Assembly: GCF_036588685.1 (NCBI RefSeq) | Contig: NC_086385.1 | Location: 15,399,216-15,463,215, forward strand | DNA from: Mytilus trossulus | Lineage: Eukaryota | Direction: 5' to 3' | Length of the DNA: 64,000 nucleotides | Shown here: positions 48,226 to 60,733 of the stretch, piece after piece | Position numbering within the stretch: position 1 is the stretch's first letter | Layout: each line of letters starts with the position of its first letter | The notes under the pieces: model-generated | Seen by the model: the letters and a program-made list of their open reading frames with translations, nothing else | What the model was told of the DNA's origin: nothing | The model's database searches: none | Program-made: the position numbers and the translations under genes

Positions 48226-51200
48226 AGAAAAAATACCGTCCTCCAAGAAAATTTAAAACAGAAAGTCACTTAACCTGTTTTAGGTATATCACGTTTTCAT
48301 GAATTCACTAGAGATATAAAAGTATGTCCAAGAAATTTTTTCTTTTACTTATAGATTATTGTTGATCATCTCAACGAGATTGATTTTCTCGCTTGAGCTG
48401 GTACAGCGAAAGTGAGAAAAGCAATCGAGTTGAGATGAACAATGATAATCTATTTATCGCTATTTTACCTATGACGACGTTGTCAATTTCATCATGTTCA
48501 TGTCAATTTCGTTAGCAACGCCACGTGGCCTCCTTAGTTTCTAGTGATAATTATTCCATCTCAAGCGAGAAGAATGATATGAAAATTATCACAAAAAAAG
48601 ATCAAACGAAAAATGCACAAAATAGCGATAAAGCATATTACAATGAACAAGTGAACAGAAAATGAGTTTAACCTCCAACTTAAACCAGTGTGAAAAATCG
48701 AGGTCAAAACTGTTTTAGGTGTATCACGTTTTCATGAATTTCTGATGATATTCAAAACATGTTCCCATGCGCTTTCTCAGTATACACGTTTAGATTTTAT
48801 TAATTTTCGCAGGTGGTAACTACAGAGTCTATATTAATTAAAGGCAACAAAATATAAAAAAATGAAGTTTTATGAAGGGGATACTTAGAATTGATCGTAC
48901 AGTCTTAAGTCATGAACCTGATGGTTGTTGTTTGTTGATGTGGGTCATAAGTGTTTCCCGTTTCTCATTTTTTGTATAGACTAGACCGTCGGTTTTCCAA
49001 TTTTAATGGCTTTACACTACTAGTCATTTTTTGTACCCTTCATAGCTTGCTGTTCAGTGTTAGCCAAGGCTTTGTGTTGAAGATAGTTCATTGATCTATA
49101 GAAGATTACTTTTACAAATTGTGACTTGGAGGGAGAGCTGTCTCAGTATTACCATATCTTCTTTTTTTTTTATCTTTTTAAATCCAAAAATAAATTCTAT
49201 ATATATGAGGGTCTTCTAGAAGTTAACAAGGAGACCAACAGTTTCATCGATATAATTAAAGGGAAACGATAAACACGTTTGAACAACACAAATAAACGAC
49301 AACCACTAAACACCAGGTTCCTGGCAGAACACTGGGGAAAACAACGACAGTTGGTTTAAAAGTTTTAATATGAGCCAACCTTCAGCCTAACACGAAACAC
49401 TAGTGTAACATCCCAACATAGAAAGGCGCGATATGAAATAATAATTAAAATTGTTTAATTCAATCAAAAGACATGTTAATAAAAAAACAATTGAGCATAC
49501 ACTGTTATGTTCAATTCACTTTAAAGACATATATTTTGGTAATATCGCCATAACCGATACACCTGTTTCAATCATTGGTATCACAAACAGCAATATCCGG
49601 TGCACGGGGGTACACAGTCATTACGATATGATAATTCATCAGGTAAGGCACTTGTCAACTGTTGGGTCTTCTGTCATTTTAGTGTAGTCTTTGAACATGT
49701 GTTATGCATAGACTCCCAAGACTTGTTTGAAGATTATACAAAAAACAACTTTTAATCGTTTGACCTGCAAAGAACCAATCAACTTTACATAAAAATAAAT
49801 ATTGAGAAATCACTCAAGATAAATTGGGTTGAGTACAGAAATAGGATATTTTTCCTAAATAAGGAATGAAAATGAAGGACAAAATGTCGTTGGGGAAGAT
49901 TAACACCACTTATCTATTTTGATACCAAAAGTAACACTTCCTCTATTATTTGTGTTATCAACACGTTCATTCCGGAATTTTTAAATTTAAATTATCATTT
50001 TTTTTTTAAAAAAACAACTTTTTGGATGAAAGTATTACACAACTAACAGTAGAGATTTGTAAAATTATACAAAAAGTGTTGTTATTTTAATAAATATATA
50101 TATTTAATTTACAAAATAATTTTAAATCATTTTAGATTTCAACAATGTTACATATACTTCTTTGTCTGTAAATAGTTTTTGAGTCGCGTCCATTTCCATG
50201 GATATATACAGATAACTATAATTTGTACTTTGGATGCTTTATTCGGCAGCACAGGTCGTTAAAAAACCCGAAATAAACATATAGACAAATATTGCAGTTT
50301 ATCAACCTTTATAGTCTCCAGTGACTGTCTATGCTATGCAAACATTTATTTGTTTATTCACATCTTATGCTAACAATTATATACAGGAGATACTGTAGAA
50401 AGAATCCGCCTAATTAACTTAGGGGAGGGGAAGGGGGGGAATGTGTTATGTTTTTTTCAAAAAATAATTCTGATCACCAATTTGAATAAAACAAATATTC
50501 TTGCCAAACAGATGACAAAAAAACAAATTTACTGAATCAAGATTTTCTCCTTACCTTATAGTGTTAAATATTGAAATTAATTCGATTGATAGCGTTGAAA
50601 ACTAAATTACCCCCTCCCCTCCCCTTTTCCCCTAGAAATTAAATGGTTGCTTCTTTACAGTTCATTTGTACATGTGAAATGTCTATTACAAATCTAAAGA
50701 TAATGCATAGCTATAAACATGATGTACTAATCACAATTAGTGAATATGACCCGTCTAGTAATATCAGTGAAGGTGGTCGGTCCAGCTAACCACTTAGTAA
50801 AACATGCCATATTTGAAGTAGTTTGTGAAATGCATGGAAACATGAAAAAAATCTTGTCCACGAGTTAAATGAACAACCTCATGCAATCCGGTCCCTGTCT
50901 GAAAGAATAATACAGGAAAGTAGTGCATATTTACACAAGACAGTTCCTACACATCGCTATAACAATGTTGTTCGTTTGTTTTCCTCTAATAGATGATGAG
51001 TTTCCCTCGGTATTAGTTTGTAACCCGCATTTGTTTTCTGTCTATCGATTTATGACATTTGGACACTGTGTAGAACATGCGCTTATCTTTTATACATGTA
51101 CCTGCTCGTAATCGGATAAATATCAAATATTAAAATAAAAGTCGAAAAATATGACTGCATTATACACACAAAACATCATTATAAAGAAATAGTATATAAA

Positions 51201-51439
51201 ATGATTGACAATGATACAATATCCACAAGAGACCAATGGAAGTAAAAGTTTAGGTCACTATATATATGCCCTTCCACAATACGTAAAACAACACTGCACA
51301 GTAAGGTAAAATGACCACGAAAAGACAAATGTAAAACTATCAAATTGACATAAATAACGGCCAGATTTTTGTATAAAATTGAAATTAATAATAAAAAAAC
51401 TAAGATGACATACAACAAACGACAAACACTGAATGGCAG

Positions 51440-51594
51440 CATTGGCGGATCCAGGGGGGGGGGGGGGGGGGGGGTTGGGGTTGGAACACCCCTTTTTTTG
51501 GCCAATCCACGCATTTCAATGGGAGCATATAGTTGGACCCCCTTTTACTCTGGATTGGGAACCCTTTTTTTTCAAATGGCTGGATCCGCCCCTG
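51440..51594. mobile_element. Short GC-rich MITE with 5-bp TSD (related copies at 5362-5476, 7579-7724 and ~9806-9984)
   Basis: CAnnGGCGGATCC...GGATCCGCCCCTG ends; TSDs GGCAG, GATTG and CATCC at three copies. Confidence 0.78.
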
Positions 51595-51662
51595 GGCAGA
51601 CTCCTGACTTCGAAAAGATACTTTGCAAAATTAAACAAGTTGGTAGTTTTTTTTTAAGTTTA

Positions 51663-53300
51663 TTATTCATCGCAGATTATATCATAAAGATGGGCATCTC
51701 CCGATAAAGAATTACAGACAAGAAGTATCTCCTTATGGATATGTAACGCTGATGGCTTGTTTATACCATCATCAATGTCCAATAGAATCATATTATTTTG
51801 ACCATCTGGAGATAAAGCCATAACTGTGTCCGACCCGTGACATGTAACAAAGACAAATCGATTGTTGTCAATAGCAACTTGGTGAGGTTCCGATAAAAGT
51901 TCATGCTGGAATGTCCAAGATAGTTTTCCGAACTCTGTGCAACATATCACTTTGTTTTCGTTTCGATTTGAACAAAGAAACATATCATCATTCTGTACAA
52001 CATACGAATAGTTTTGTGTCGGAATTTGTATTTTCCGGGAAACATTTCCAAAAAAGTCCATAATATGAACTATCTTCGATTTTTCAAAGGACACTACTAT
52101 TTTATTGTTACTAAAATCGACACTATAGCAGTTTTCCTTCATTTGAATTTTTCTTATTTCTTTATCTTCACGCAGGTCAAGGACAACAAATAGGTTTAAC
52201 GACCACAAAGTAACTACTATTGTATAATCGTCAACAACGGCCATATCTGATGGTTGTCCGCTTAATTTTATGTTTCTACTATGAGTTCCATCCTTGTTAT
52301 GTATCACAAGTAGACTATTCTGAAAATCCGCAAAAACAATTTGCAATCCTGACAAAATAGCACACCCTGTTATCACCATATTGTGTTCACTTTTTATTTT
52401 TATATACTTGCGTCTTTTAAGCTTCAGTTGAGTTATCGTTCTTGGTTTCTTTTCTGTTGGTATTATGGAATTATTCGGCTTTAATTGGATAGAAATCGTG
52501 CCAAATGAATTTACTTCTTTAAGAATAGATAGTAACTTAGGTCCCATTGTCAATTCTAAGTCTACTTTACATAATTTGTAATCTTTTTGTAAAGACTGAA
52601 GTTCTGATTGGTCAATTTCTATTTGCTTCGACAATATTCTTACTCCTAAAAAGGCTTGTAGATCTGTAGCATTTTGGTTCACGAAAGAAAGATCCATATC
52701 AATCCGCTTCAACTCGGCGTTTTTATTACCCAATAAAGATAGTTGTTCATTCGTTTTTCTTTTGGCTTCACTGTGCTTGTAGTCTAAGTCTTCAACTATA
52801 TCTTTTTCCAAGTTATCAAAGTGTTTGTTTAAAGACCGTCGAACATGTTTAATTTCAAGCAATATGGATGATTTTCTATTGTATAAGTTTTCACAGTTTG
52901 TATTTGTATCTTTGATTAAATCTTCAAGTATATTGGACAGTTCTTGTACTTTTTGCATCAGATCTTTGAATGGAGTGGACTGTTTAAACTCCTTCACAAA
53001 TGATTTGAGAAAACTGATTCCTTTGCATAGTTTATGGTCATGTCTATAACATTTCATACAACACGGTGTATTATGCTCTTGACAAAACATTTCTAATTGC
53101 TGGCCATGAATTTCACACAAGTTATTCATCAATAAAGCACATTTGGGAAATTGAACATATTCCGATAGTCCCATGGACGGATGCTCTGTCATTGTTTTAT
53201 CATGTATTTGTCGACATTTCGTGCATAAAATCTTTTCGCATTCAATGCACCATATTATACCCAATCTATGTTCATGCGAAGAACAAAATATTTGTGACAT
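51663..53300 (-). CDS. RING-less TRIM-like protein (two B-boxes + coiled coil + NHL-like beta-propeller), 545 aa, single coding exon
   Basis: WCIECEKILCTKCRQIH and CEIH...FCQEH..CCMKCYRHDH B-boxes; coiled coil; propeller (EPHQVAIDNNRFVFVT, GINKPSALH). The ORF track's TTG start overlaps the TTGCAG acceptor, so the first ATG (53300) is used; candidate donor AG|GTAAGT at ~53996 (minus). Confidence 0.9.
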   Translation of the reverse strand: MSQIFCSSHEHRLGIIWCIECEKILCTKCRQIHDKTMTEHPSMGLSEYVQFPKCALLMNNLCEIHGQQLEMFCQEHNTPCCMKCYRHDHKLCKGISFLKSFVKEFKQSTPFKDLMQKVQELSNILEDLIKDTNTNCENLYNRKSSILLEIKHVRRSLNKHFDNLEKDIVEDLDYKHSEAKRKTNEQLSLLGNKNAELKRIDMDLSFVNQNATDLQAFLGVRILSKQIEIDQSELQSLQKDYKLCKVDLELTMGPKLLSILKEVNSFGTISIQLKPNNSIIPTEKKPRTITQLKLKRRKYIKIKSEHNMVITGCAILSGLQIVFADFQNSLLVIHNKDGTHSRNIKLSGQPSDMAVVDDYTIVVTLWSLNLFVVLDLREDKEIRKIQMKENCYSVDFSNNKIVVSFEKSKIVHIMDFFGNVSRKIQIPTQNYSYVVQNDDMFLCSNRNENKVICCTEFGKLSWTFQHELLSEPHQVAIDNNRFVFVTCHGSDTVMALSPDGQNNMILLDIDDGINKPSALHIHKEILLVCNSLSGDAHLYDIICDE

Positions 53301-53816
53301 GTCTTTTTCCGTTGCTTCAAGCTGCAATATATAAAATGGTTAAATATATTTCTTTATTTTTTCTTGCAATTTGATCTGTTTAGGAGAGTCGTCAATTTTT
53401 TTGCTCTATACATTTTTACCCTTTATTCTCTATTCTCTATCATCATTACCATGCACTTTAAAAATTCAAGGGCAGCGTTCCGACCAAAGTAGAGTAACTC
53501 ATTACATTAATAGTCATCAAAGGTACCAGGCTTATGATTTAAATAAAGGCAACAGTAGTATACTGCTGTTCAAAATTCATAAATCGATAGAGAAAAAACA
53601 ATCCAGGTTACAAACTAAAACTGAGGGAAACACTTCAAATATAAGAGAACTACGACACAACATTAAAATGTAACACACACAGAAACGAACTAGAATATAA
53701 CAATGTTCATTTCCCTGACTTGGTACAGGGCATTTTAAGATAAAACTGGTGGGTTGAACCTGGTTTTGTGGCTTGCCGAAACTCCCGCTTTAATGGTAAT
53801 GTTACTTACCATGAAA

Positions 53817-53859
53817 GCAGACGCGCGTTTCGTCTGCATAAGACTCATTAGTGAAGCTC
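53817..53859 (-). ncRNA. Degenerate minimal hammerhead ribozyme motif (core mutation)
   Basis: Reverse complement CTAATGA-gtct tatgc agac-GAAA-cgcgcg-TC; the G5 position is A. Confidence 0.6.
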
Positions 53860-54624
53860 TGACCAAAATAGGTATAAACCCAAACAAGTTCAAAGTTGAA
53901 GATCATTAAGGACCCAATTTAAATGTAATTGATTTGCCACTGCAAGTTCAACAGCCAAAAGCCATCATCTTAACTCAAATGACGAATAAAACTTACCTTT
54001 TTTCCCACTCATTTGACGTATATTATTCCAATGTTATATACTAATCAATAGTTCACTAGTCTACATTATTAACTAAATTCTATAAAGAACTCCTGACATC
54101 AACGATTTAATCGGATTATACTAATACGTCTTTTAATAAGTATTACACATACAAACATGTATATATTTGTCGGAGATTTTATCGGATTGCATTATATTAA
54201 TAAGTCATTTAAACAGGAATGATAAACATAGATTTGTATTTTAAAAACTATTGTATTATATTAAGAAGCAATTCAACCAGAATGAAACATATATTTTTGA
54301 ATTTTAAAAAATCTATGGCCTATATTCAATTATAATATAACATATTCCATGAAACCTCTTTCAAATTTAACTTTGACACTTAAATCATCTTTAGACATTT
54401 TGTACTCTGTTTGGAAATACTAAAATTTGTTTGTGAATATAGAATTTAGAATGGAAATGGGGAATATGTCAAAGAGATAACAACCCGACCGAAGAGCAGA
54501 AAACAGCCGAAGGACACCAATGGGTCTTCAACACAGTGAGAAAATCCTGCACCTAGAGGTTGGCCTCAGATGGCACCTACATATAATTGTAAAGTAGTTC
54601 AGTGAACTGAACGTCACACTAAAT

Positions 54625-55017
54625 TAGACCATTTTCGAGTTCATCCGTCACCGGCAAAAACTCGTCAATTATGCACGCCTTTATGACGTCATTTACCAGA
54701 TAGAGGGGCTCGCCTGTATCCCTGCACTATTTACGTTCATCAAGCGTCTTAGTGATCGTCTTTGTGCAGGATAAACTAGAAATAATGGTTGCTCTGTAGG
54801 TACTTACTGACAATTCCCTAATGACAGCAGTGTTGATTGTCAATTTTGAGAATTCAATTTGCCGAATAATTCATACAATATAGAATTATAGTTTTCCAAC
54901 CACTCGCTCAACATTGGAAGGGAAGTGACGACGCCCCTAAACGCACAAATGACGGTGAAAAAGGCGCGTATAATTGACGAGTTTTTTCCGGTGACGGATG
55001 AACTCGAAAGTGGTCTA
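54625..55017. mobile_element. MITE with ~57-bp TIRs
   Basis: TAGACCATTTTCGAGTTCATCCGTCACCGG... / ...CCGGTGACGGATGAACTCGAAAGTGGTCTA; TSD not resolved. Confidence 0.8.
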
Positions 55018-57503
55018 TTGAAAAACAAACATACAAGACTTACGAAGGCCAGAAGCTACTGACTTGGGACATGCGCAAACATGAGGTGAGGATGAACATG
55101 TTTCGTGAGATATCAACTTCCCCCCCCCCCCTATACCTCTAGGCAATTAGAACGAAGAAACATTTAGCAAAACGCAGAGTAAAATAAACTCTGTTTAAAA
55201 GAAGGCTGAGTCCAATGTAAGAATAGGTTATAAAAGAAAATTTGTCTTTTGTATTACAGAGGTCTGATTAGAATATTATGTAATCATAAATTTGATATGT
55301 GCATGCTATGACATTTTATTGATTAATATTCTATCTTAGGAGAATATGATTCAAGTTGGACTAACGTGTGTCTTACCCTATGGGTTATATTGTGCAAACT
55401 TATGTTTTAACAAAGGCCCAACAACATTTAAAAGGTAGACATTTGTTGCATCCAAAGCCCTCAACAAAAATACCAAGTCGTATACCAAAAACAACCAAAA
55501 GCCATGGATGCACAACCAATTACACACGTAAATAGAGAAACAAATATTGATAGAAATGAATGCCTCAATATTTTTGTTAATATGAAAATCAATAGAATGA
55601 TTGTGTTAAGTCTTTGCAAAAGATTCAAAGTAACTATCAAGGTGACTATGTATATAAATGTTGAGCTGTTTTGGTGTAGAACAGATAATGTTCAGAGAAA
55701 TTGTTGTTGTTGTGTTTGCAAACTAGTAAATTGCCGGATATTAACGTCTTTTTGGAATGGCCATTTATATATGTATTAGATTGTAAATACAGCATTTTAC
55801 GACAGGATAATTATCAAATATCAAAGAAGGATTATATGCAACGACTGAAATCAGAGCAGTCATTGTTGATCGTTGTCCTCATTTGTTCTGAAAGACTTCA
55901 TTTTTTTATATAATTTGTCTTATTATTCGTCTACATGCATATGCCCTTTTGTTTTTCTTTAATACATAATGACATGGCTTTTTTGTTTGATTTTTTTTTT
56001 TACACTATAAGCATATAGACAAGCGGCTAGAAGGACACGGTAAGGTTCGCTGCATTGAAGATCCAATCGGCTGTTGTCTGCTCTTTTGTCGGGTTGATGT
56101 CTCTTTGACATATTCCCAATTTCCGTTCTCTAGTTTATATTCTCCAGAGGATATGCATAAAAGAACTGTAGACTATATCATTTTCATACTCTTAACAACA
56201 TAACTATTGCATATCTCTACTTGTGTGTCGTTTACATTCTGACTTCAAACGCGCGATTTAATGTTAACCTAACCATTCGGTCCCAGTTCTTATATTCTTT
56301 CAATCCTGTATAGATGGATTTAATATACATGAATAACATTCAAAAATAAGAAAGCAATGACTATAGATGTTAAACTTGATATATGCCCTATTGTACTTCT
56401 TCGTTAAATATTTGTTTGTTTTATTGTGATTAAGATTATAACATTATATTGACTGCTATACCTCTATGTTTGACATTTTTTATCTATTATGTCTGTTTGT
56501 TTTGTTCACACATCGTTGTTTATATAATGGAATTTGATGCGACTTTCATACAAGTGAGAGGTTTAGCTAGCTTTAAAACAGGGTTCAATCCACCATTTTC
56601 AACATAAGCAAATGTCTGTACCAAGTCAGTATTGATTGATTGATTGTTGGTTGCTTTACGCCGCATTAGCACAAAAAGGCTATATCGCAGCGAGAGCTAA
56701 TTTGAAAATCTACTTTACAATTTAAAGCATATTTTAAAACAAGACAAAATGTCCTTCAATAAACTAAAATTCTAAACTAAGGCAAATAGATTTTTTACAA
56801 ATAAAAAAAAACAACAGTAAGATAACGTGATAAAAACTGAAATCGATTTCATTATAATTTTTTTTTTTTTATATTTTATAATAAATTCCAATTTCTTTTA
56901 AGAATGCAACAATATTTGTAAATGGAACACTGTTAAATAAATCATTGACATTGAAATGCTTCCTACGAACCAAGTCAGGAAGAAATTTGAAAGATATTAT
57001 ATGATGTGTTTGAGCTTTTGATTTTGCCATTTGATAAGAGACTTTCCGTTTTGAATTTCCTCGGAGTTCAGTATTCTTGTAATTTTATTTTTTTCTATAA
57101 TGTATAGGGTCGCCCATCATAATATCACATAACCCACATTTTCATGTTTTGATCTCCGTTTTTTTTTTATAATTTCCTCTTGTCACTAATTTTTACAAAG
57201 AATATATATCGAACATTGAAACAAAAACACAAAAAAATCGTTGTGACAAATATTTACTAAAGCTATGTAGATACGGAAAACCCATTATATTGTAGCTTGG
57301 AGTCAACACTTATGTTTTGACATGAATTATTATTGATATTGCCATTATTATAAATTGCCTGTTACCAACATTTTCACTTTTGAAATACTAAGGCTTTTCA
57401 TAAGATTACCGTAGCTGTATTTGACAAAACTTTCATGAATTTTTGGGTTTCAATGCTCTTCAACTTCATACTTTATTCAGCCTTTTAACTTCTTTATTTT
57501 CGG

Positions 57504-57547
57504 GCGTCACTGATGAGTCTTTTGTAGACGAAATGCGCATCTGGAAC
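57504..57547 (+). ncRNA. Minimal type I hammerhead ribozyme motif within a dispersed retrozyme/Penelope-associated repeat (~57295-57590)
   Basis: gcgtca-CTGATGA-gtct tttgt agac-GAAA-tgcgca-TC-tgg: intact core, 4-bp stem II, palindromic stem III; the 3' strand of stem I is partly degraded. Confidence 0.72.
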
Positions 57548-58122
57548 AAGTACAACATTTCAATCCGGGTATCCATGATAACTTTATATATATTACACAG
57601 GGAGTTACCACTGCAAAAAATCAGCTGAACGTTTTACTCACGTTCTATAATTTAGAAACTATTAAGCATATCAATGATCGAAACTACTCGTCGTTATACT
57701 TCTAGATATCCAATAATTTTATTTTGATAAAGTGCGTGGTTCCGGTTTTTGACAATTTTACATTTATATCAAAATGTTATGAAAGGTGAACGACCAGAAG
57801 ATTTTTAGTTAAGGTGTTTGGTACTTCCTTAATATTTTGAAGGTTTTTAACTTCTTATTAGATAAATAAAAATGTACAATAGGTGACAGACTAAAGTGAC
57901 GTCATTGTTTAAAATATATTTTAATAAGAAGGAAACATACAACCACATTAGGAACTTTATTTTTGCAGCTGCCCTCACAGAGTCGAAACTGGATAATTGA
58001 AACCAGAAGCGGCCATTACGCTTAATGTTACGTATACATGGCATCTGTTAAAGGCATGATGAACAAAAATGTATATAATAACTCGAAAGACATTCTATTT
58101 ATAATGGTTTTGAACCTTTTAT

Positions 58123-60517
58123 AGATATTTGTTTATTTGTCAACGTGTTAATTATTTGGTGTGAAATCTTCACACTCTGTTATACAACATTTATCTGCTG
58201 GATTTATCATCTTGAAACATGGATTTTGCAGATAAAATGTACATCTGTCACTTATATTTTGTCTAAGATCACTATCAATTCAATCACTTACAACAAGGTT
58301 TTATTATCTGTCAAACAAGAGGATTCTAACCTAAAAGGTATGTTAATTATCATATGTTAAGTATACAAAAAACTTAAATAATGACCTTTTTATCAATTGT
58401 TTTGCAACCGTAAACCGATAAGTCACATCTCAAACTCCGTAACATTGGGAAAAAATAATTTTATTTAAATCAACTCATACGAGGAGAAAGTAGAAATATT
58501 TTTTAATAATAGAGACGACCTTCAAGCTATCCTTTATTAGATAACAATTTTTGAGAATATTTATATTAAAAAAATACCATTTTAACCGACCATTAAGCTT
58601 AATACGTTCATAACCTGAAAACCAGTCTTTTGTTTAAATAATATATTTATCGACACTGTCTATAATTGTACTTAAGGATGTACTTAAGTGATATTAAAAA
58701 AAAATGCTGAGTTTGAAATTGAGATATTTGTTTATTTGTCAACGTGTTGAGTGTTTGGTGTGAAATCTTCACACTCTGTTATACAAAATTTATCAATATT
58801 GGATGATGGGTTTATCATCTTGAAACATGGATTTTGCAGATAAAATGTACATCTGTCACTTATATTTTGTCTAAGATCACTATCAATCCAATCACCTACA
58901 ACAAGGTTCTATTATCTGCCAAACAAGAGGACTCTAACCTAAAAGGTATGTTAATTATCATATGTTAAGTATACAAAAAACTTAAATAATGACCTTTTTA
59001 TCAATTGTTTTATAACCGTAAACCGATAAGTCACATCTCAAACTCAGTAACATTGGGAAAAAATAATTTTATCCAAATCAACTTATACGAGGAGAAAGTA
59101 GAAATATTTTTTAATAATAGAGACGACCTTCAAGTTACGGGGCGCCGAATGGGACTCTTGTGGTTTTGTACTCAAAATTCAATTTTGTACGGACAAAAGT
59201 GACTTTTGTTCAACAAAAATGAGTTCAGTTTAACAAAATTTGTATCATACTACAAATTTAAAATTTTGTCATTCAAAATTATCTATCAGCGGACAAAAGT
59301 CACTTTTGTCAAGACAAAATTCATTTTTGTTACACAGACTTGACTTTTGTTACCTAATTTGAAAATTGGGCGACCAAAGTGAATTTTGTATTCAAATTAG
59401 TTTAGTTTGGTTTCTGTGAACTAATTTGCATACAAAATCGACTTTTGTGACACAAAATTGATTTTTGTGACACAAAATTGACTTTTGTGAGACAAAATTG
59501 ACTTTTGGCTCAACAAAATTGACAAAATTGACTTTTGTCTCAACAAAATTGACAAAATTGACAAAATTGAATTTTGTCTCAACAAAATTGACAAAATTGA
59601 ATTTTGTCTCAACAAAATTGACAAAATTGAATTTTGTCTCAACAAAATTGATTTTTGTCTCATGAAAGTCAATTTTGTCTCACGAAAGTCAATTTTGTCT
59701 CATAAAAATCAATTTTGTCTCATAAAAATCAATTTTGTTGTTACAAAATTGAATTTTGTTGTTACAAAATTGAATTTTGTCGTCACAAAATTGACTTTTG
59801 TCTCAACAAAATTGACAAAATTGACTTTTGTCTCAACAAAATTGACAAAATTGATTTTTGTCTCAACAAAATTGACAAAATTGACTTTTGTCTCAACAAA
59901 ATTAACAAAATTGACTTTTGTCTCAACAAAATTAACAAAAGTGACAAAATTGAATTTTGTCTCACAAAAGTCAATTTTGTCTCACAAAAGTTAATTTTGT
60001 CTCACAAAATTGAATCTTACCTCACACAATTGACTTTTGTGATTTAATTTCCATATCAGGTAACAAAAATCAATTTTGTATGTAAATATGTTTATATTTG
60101 CATACCTTTTAGACAAAATTGACTTTTGTCATGACAAATATGAATTTTGTCTACAAAAATGAATTTTTCATGACAAAAATGAATTTTGTCATCACAAAAT
60201 TGAAGTTCTCACAAAACAAGTCTGTAGCACATAGTTTTGTAAGACAAAAATGATTTTGTCATGACAGAATTGAATTTTGTACAAAACCACAAGAGTCCCA
60301 TTCGGCGCCCCGTACAAGTTATCCTTTTTTAGATAACAATTTTTGAGAATATATATTAAAAAAAAACATTTTAACCGACCATACAGCTTAATACGTTCAT
60401 AACCTGAAAACCAGTCTTTTGTTTAAATAATGTATTTATCGACACTGTCTATAATTGTACTTAAGGATGTACTTAAGTGATATTAAAAAAAAATGCTGAG
60501 TTTGACATTGAGATATT
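58123..60517 (+). repeat. ~600-bp local tandem duplication; the second copy is interrupted by the 59136-60314 element
   Basis: Copy 1 58123-58721; copy 2 58722-60510; AGATATT at all three junctions. Confidence 0.9.
59136..60314. mobile_element. Non-autonomous TIR element with an internal CAAAATTGAnTTTTG minisatellite and a 5-bp TSD
   Basis: Perfect ~36-bp TIR TACGGGGCGCCGAATGGGACTCTTGTGGTTTTGTAC; TSD CAAGT at 59131-59135 and 60315-60319; empty site (CTTCAAGCTATCC) in the upstream duplicate at ~58520-58532. Confidence 0.9.
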
Positions 60518-60697
60518 AATATATAAAATTTAGCGGCAGCCTTGAATTCCGAGTGAAAATAGGGGTAATACAGAACATGAAGAATGTAGGTACAAGTATA
60601 GTTTGTTAGTAGCTTGTGACATATAAATGTAGAAAATATTCAATACACAGCCCTATATTGTGACCTTCGAAAAATGTAGAAGTGCATACGAACTTTC

Positions 60698-60733
<36 letters not shown>

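Noticed and set aside
59421-60047. Repetitive ORFs (59421, 59662, 59715, 59783)
   Set aside because: Translations of the minisatellite inside a non-coding transposon.
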